Source of the DNA: Prochlorococcus marinus str. NATL2A
GTDB taxonomy: Bacteria; Cyanobacteriota; Cyanobacteriia; PCC-6307; Cyanobiaceae
Assembly: GCF_000012465.1 (NCBI RefSeq)
Contig: NC_007335.2
Coordinates: 1,740,001 to 1,772,000 of the forward strand
DNA length: 32,000 bases
Direction of reading: 5' to 3'
Positions 29,426 to 32,000 of this stretch are shown piece by piece. Numbering within the stretch: position 1 is the stretch's first letter; each line of letters begins with the position of its first letter. A program made the position numbers and the translations under genes. Under the pieces are notes generated by a model. The model did not search any database, was not told where the DNA came from, and was given only the letters and a program-made list of their open reading frames with translations.

Positions 29426-29593
29426 ATGGCAGTCACTAGAGAAAGTCAAGGCAGGCTTAACGTTTTTGCGGATGAGCCAAGAATTGAAATACTTACAAAA
29501 GAAAGCAGTGGCAACAAAGGTTCTTGGCTTTTGACCCTTGCTGGAGTTATCCTTGTAATTGGGCTTATCGCATATTCTTTAACAATCAAGTGA
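29426..29593 (+). CDS. Psb34/Ssl1498-family light-harvesting-like small protein (candidate PSII assembly factor)
   Basis: A 55-aa ORF below the ORF-track cutoff, translated by hand: MAVTRESQGRLNVFADEPRIEILTKESSGNKGSWLLTLAGVILVIGLIAYSLTIK. The N-terminal GRLNxFAxEP motif plus a single C-terminal TM helix match my recollection of the Ssl1498/Psb34 family. It sits in an otherwise unexplained 273-nt gap between thiG and sqdB. Confidence 0.55.
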   Translation: MAVTRESQGRLNVFADEPRIEILTKESSGNKGSWLLTLAGVILVIGLIAYSLTIK

Positions 29594-29649
29594 AACCCTT
29601 ATAGTAGCTTGAATAATATGAGTGTTTGCTCTGTCTTTTGGAGTTTAGA

Positions 29650-30843
29650 GTGAAAGTTTTCGTTCTTGGTGGTGACGGCTTCTGCGGATGGCCTTGTGCA
29701 GTAAATCTTGCTGATAAAGGTCATGATGTATTCATCGTGGATAATCTGAGTCGTCGAAAAATCGATATAGACCTTGAAGTTGAATCCTTAACTCCAATTA
29801 CAAGTATTGGAGAAAGGATTCAAGCTTGGTCTGAGATAGGCGGAAAACCTATTCAATTTATTCATTTAGACCTTGCCTCTGAATATCAAAAGCTTTTAGA
29901 TCTGTTGATCGAGGAAAAGCCGGATTCAATAATTCATTTTGCTGAACAACGTGCTGCTCCATATTCCATGAAAAGCAGCGCAACCAAGAGATATACAGTT
30001 GATAACAATGTCAATGGTACTCATAATCTCCTTGCCGCAATTGTTGAATCTCAATTAGATATTCACATTGTTCATCTTGGGACAATGGGAGTTTATGGCT
30101 ATGGATCTCATAGAGGCGCGACCATTCCTGAAGGTTACTTAAAAGTGGAAGTACCCCAACCAGATGGCAGTCGTTTTGAAGAAGAAATCCTTCATCCAGC
30201 AAGTCCTGGCAGCGTTTATCACATGACAAAAACGCTTGATCAATTGCTCTTTCTTTACTACAACAAAAATGACCAGATCAGAATCACTGATCTTCATCAA
30301 GGAATCGTATGGGGAACGAATACTGATGTCACAAGTCGTGACCCAAGATTGACTAATAGATTTGACTATGACGGTGATTATGGAACAGTGTTAAATCGAT
30401 TTTTAATGCAGGCGGCCATTGGATACCCATTAACTGTTCATGGTACTGGTGGACAAACAAGAGCTTTTATACATATTCAAGATTCAGTAAAATGTGTTCA
30501 ATTGGCACTCGAGAACCCTCCTGAGAAAGGTGAAAGGGTGAAAATTTTCAACCAAATGACGGAAAGTCACCAAGTTGGGGAATTAGCTAAAAAAGTAGCC
30601 TCTCTCACTGGAGCAAAAATTAATTATCTGCCAAACCCAAGAAACGAAGCGGTTGAAAATGATTTGATAGTTGATAATCGATGTTTTATTGAGCTTGGAT
30701 TAGATCCGACAACTCTCGATAATGGACTTTTAGAAGAAGTGGTTAATGTCGCGAAAAAATTCTCCAATCGCTGTGATTTAAAACGAATACCTTGTGTATC
30801 TGCATGGACATCAACCCAAGCAAAAGCAATCCATAAATCCTAA
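29650..30843 (+). CDS. sqdB: UDP-sulfoquinovose synthase
   Basis: SDR fold with VLGGDGFCGWP, catalytic YHMTK, typical SqdB/SQD1 length. I prefer GTG 29650 (GGAG at 29640-29643, 6-nt spacing) over the TTG at 29626 that opens the ORF. Confidence 0.93.
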   Translation: MKVFVLGGDGFCGWPCAVNLADKGHDVFIVDNLSRRKIDIDLEVESLTPITSIGERIQAWSEIGGKPIQFIHLDLASEYQKLLDLLIEEKPDSIIHFAEQRAAPYSMKSSATKRYTVDNNVNGTHNLLAAIVESQLDIHIVHLGTMGVYGYGSHRGATIPEGYLKVEVPQPDGSRFEEEILHPASPGSVYHMTKTLDQLLFLYYNKNDQIRITDLHQGIVWGTNTDVTSRDPRLTNRFDYDGDYGTVLNRFLMQAAIGYPLTVHGTGGQTRAFIHIQDSVKCVQLALENPPEKGERVKIFNQMTESHQVGELAKKVASLTGAKINYLPNPRNEAVENDLIVDNRCFIELGLDPTTLDNGLLEEVVNVAKKFSNRCDLKRIPCVSAWTSTQAKAIHKS

Positions 30844-30879
30844 ACCTAACTAGTACAAAATCTTGAAAAGACACGCTCA

Positions 30880-32000
30880 GTGAAAATAGCTTTCTTTACA
30901 GAAACTTTCCTACCCAAAGTTGATGGAATAGTCACTCGTTTAACTAAAACAATTCAAAATCTAGTTGCATCTGGTGATGAAGTAACCGTTTTTTGTCCAG
31001 AAGGCTGTCCATCAAGCTATATGGGTGCAAAAGTTGTAGGTGTCCCTGCGATGCCATTACCTTTATATCCAGAACTCAAGCTAGGACTCCCTGGCCCAGG
31101 TGTTTCAGATGAATTAGAAAACTTTAAACCTGACTTAATACATGTCGTCAACCCTGCGGTGCTTGGATTGGGTGGTATTTGGCTAGCCAAAACAAACAAT
31201 ATCCCCCTTGTAGCCAGTTACCACACTCATTTACCAAAGTATTTAGAACACTATGGAATGGGAATGTTAGAGCCGCTTTTATGGGAATTGTTAAAAGCGG
31301 CTCATAATCAAGCAACTCTAAATCTGTGTACTTCCACTGCAATGGTGCAAGAACTCTCAGAAAAAGGAATTCAAAATACCGCTTTATGGCAAAGAGGAGT
31401 GGATACAGATATTTTCAAACCAGAACTCAGAGACGAAGAAATGAGAAAGCGTCTGTTAGGAAGTTTTAGCGATGAAGGATCTCTATTGATATATGTGGGA
31501 AGACTCTCAGCAGAAAAACAAATTGAAAGAATTAAACCTGTACTTGAAGCACTTCCAAGCACTCGACTAGCTCTTGTTGGAGATGGCCCATATAGACAAC
31601 AATTAGAAAAAATTTTCCAAGGAACTTCAACTACCTTTGTGGGATATTTAAGTGGGAATGAACTAGCAAGTGCTTATGCATCCGGTGATGCCTTTTTATT
31701 CCCCTCAAGCACAGAGACCCTGGGATTAGTTCTGTTGGAGGCAATGGCTGCTGGATGCCCAGTCGTAGGAGCGAATAAAGGTGGAATACCAGATATAATT
31801 TCAGATGGCGAAAATGGATGTTTATACAATCCTGATGGAGAAAATGATGGGGCTTTAAGTTTAATTGAAGCTACAAAAAAATTATTGGGCAACGAAATAG
31901 AACGCACATCTATGAGAAAAGCAGCTCGTTCAGAAGCTGAGAGATGGGGATGGGCAGGCGCTACAAAACAATTGAAAAGTTATTACGAAGACGTGCTAGA
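30880..32000 (+). CDS. sqdX: sulfoquinovosyl-diacylglycerol synthase, GT4 glycosyltransferase (3' end beyond window)
   Basis: Open reading frame from GTG 30880 to the window end with no stop, so it is missing from the ORF track. Hand translation: VKIAFFTETFLPKVDGIVTRL...YVGRLSAEKQIE...FPSSTETLGLVLLEAMAAGCPVVGANKGGIPDII. This is the GT4 EX7E architecture, 36 nt downstream of sqdB. Confidence 0.85.
   Translation, partial: MKIAFFTETFLPKVDGIVTRLTKTIQNLVASGDEVTVFCPEGCPSSYMGAKVVGVPAMPLPLYPELKLGLPGPGVSDELENFKPDLIHVVNPAVLGLGGIWLAKTNNIPLVASYHTHLPKYLEHYGMGMLEPLLWELLKAAHNQATLNLCTSTAMVQELSEKGIQNTALWQRGVDTDIFKPELRDEEMRKRLLGSFSDEGSLLIYVGRLSAEKQIERIKPVLEALPSTRLALVGDGPYRQQLEKIFQGTSTTFVGYLSGNELASAYASGDAFLFPSSTETLGLVLLEAMAAGCPVVGANKGGIPDIISDGENGCLYNPDGENDGALSLIEATKKLLGNEIERTSMRKAARSEAERWGWAGATKQLKSYYEDVL

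Noticed and set aside
30851-30864. TAGTACAAAATCTT upstream of sqdX, resembling a half LexA box (RGTAC)
   Set aside because: The second half-site (GTWC) of the cyanobacterial LexA consensus is missing. No GTAC-type box was seen upstream of uvrB or mutS either.
1760-31907. About 30 short (60-95 aa) ORFs in the track that lie inside longer genes. Nearly all are on the opposite strand (e.g. 1760-1945, 3441-3668, 5446-5628, 8928-9128, 9376-9579, 12998-13189, 14828-15010, 17638-17853, 18162-18347, 19036-19479, 20514-20723, 21335-22057, 22544-23872, 25138-25332, 26171-26924, 28869-29072, 30011-30229, 31017-31907).
   Set aside because: Each is fully embedded in a long ORF that has strong family motifs. 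Their translations are low-complexity and lack recognisable motifs, so they are typical shadow ORFs.

Overview
AT-rich, very gene-dense window. Its gene content and order (psbZ, ycf23/DUF561, a four-ACT-domain cyanobacterial aspartokinase, tig-clpP-clpX, a Psb34-like mini-ORF, sqdB-sqdX) point to core chromosome of a marine picocyanobacterium, most likely Prochlorococcus. That assignment is an inference from the translations; no search was possible. I call 28 protein genes and one tRNA. Two of the protein genes are absent from the supplied ORF track: a 55-aa Psb34/Ssl1498-like ORF, and sqdX, which runs off the right edge. The left ~3.2 kb holds a sugar O-methyltransferase-like gene, rfbC-rfbD, a 546-bp gene-free AT-rich spacer and tRNA-Gly(GCC). 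It looks like the edge of a cell-surface-glycan flexible region abutting a tRNA. Everything to the right is tightly packed housekeeping: DNA repair and replication (mutS, uvrB, holA, dnaX), the lysine branch (lysC, asd, dapA), RNase J, tig, clpPX, L35/L20, thiG, and thylakoid lipid genes. I found no CRISPR array, transposase, integrase, phage gene, toxin-antitoxin pair or defence-like operon, and no convincing undescribed multi-gene system. The points worth a second look are small: an Arg-rich C-terminal tail on RNase J, a clamp-motif-like N-terminal extension on a C-terminally short MutS, the unlisted Psb34-like ORF, the asd-dapA-rnj linkage, a QxxRW GT2 enzyme near the sulfolipid genes, and convergent genes separated by 7-22 nt.
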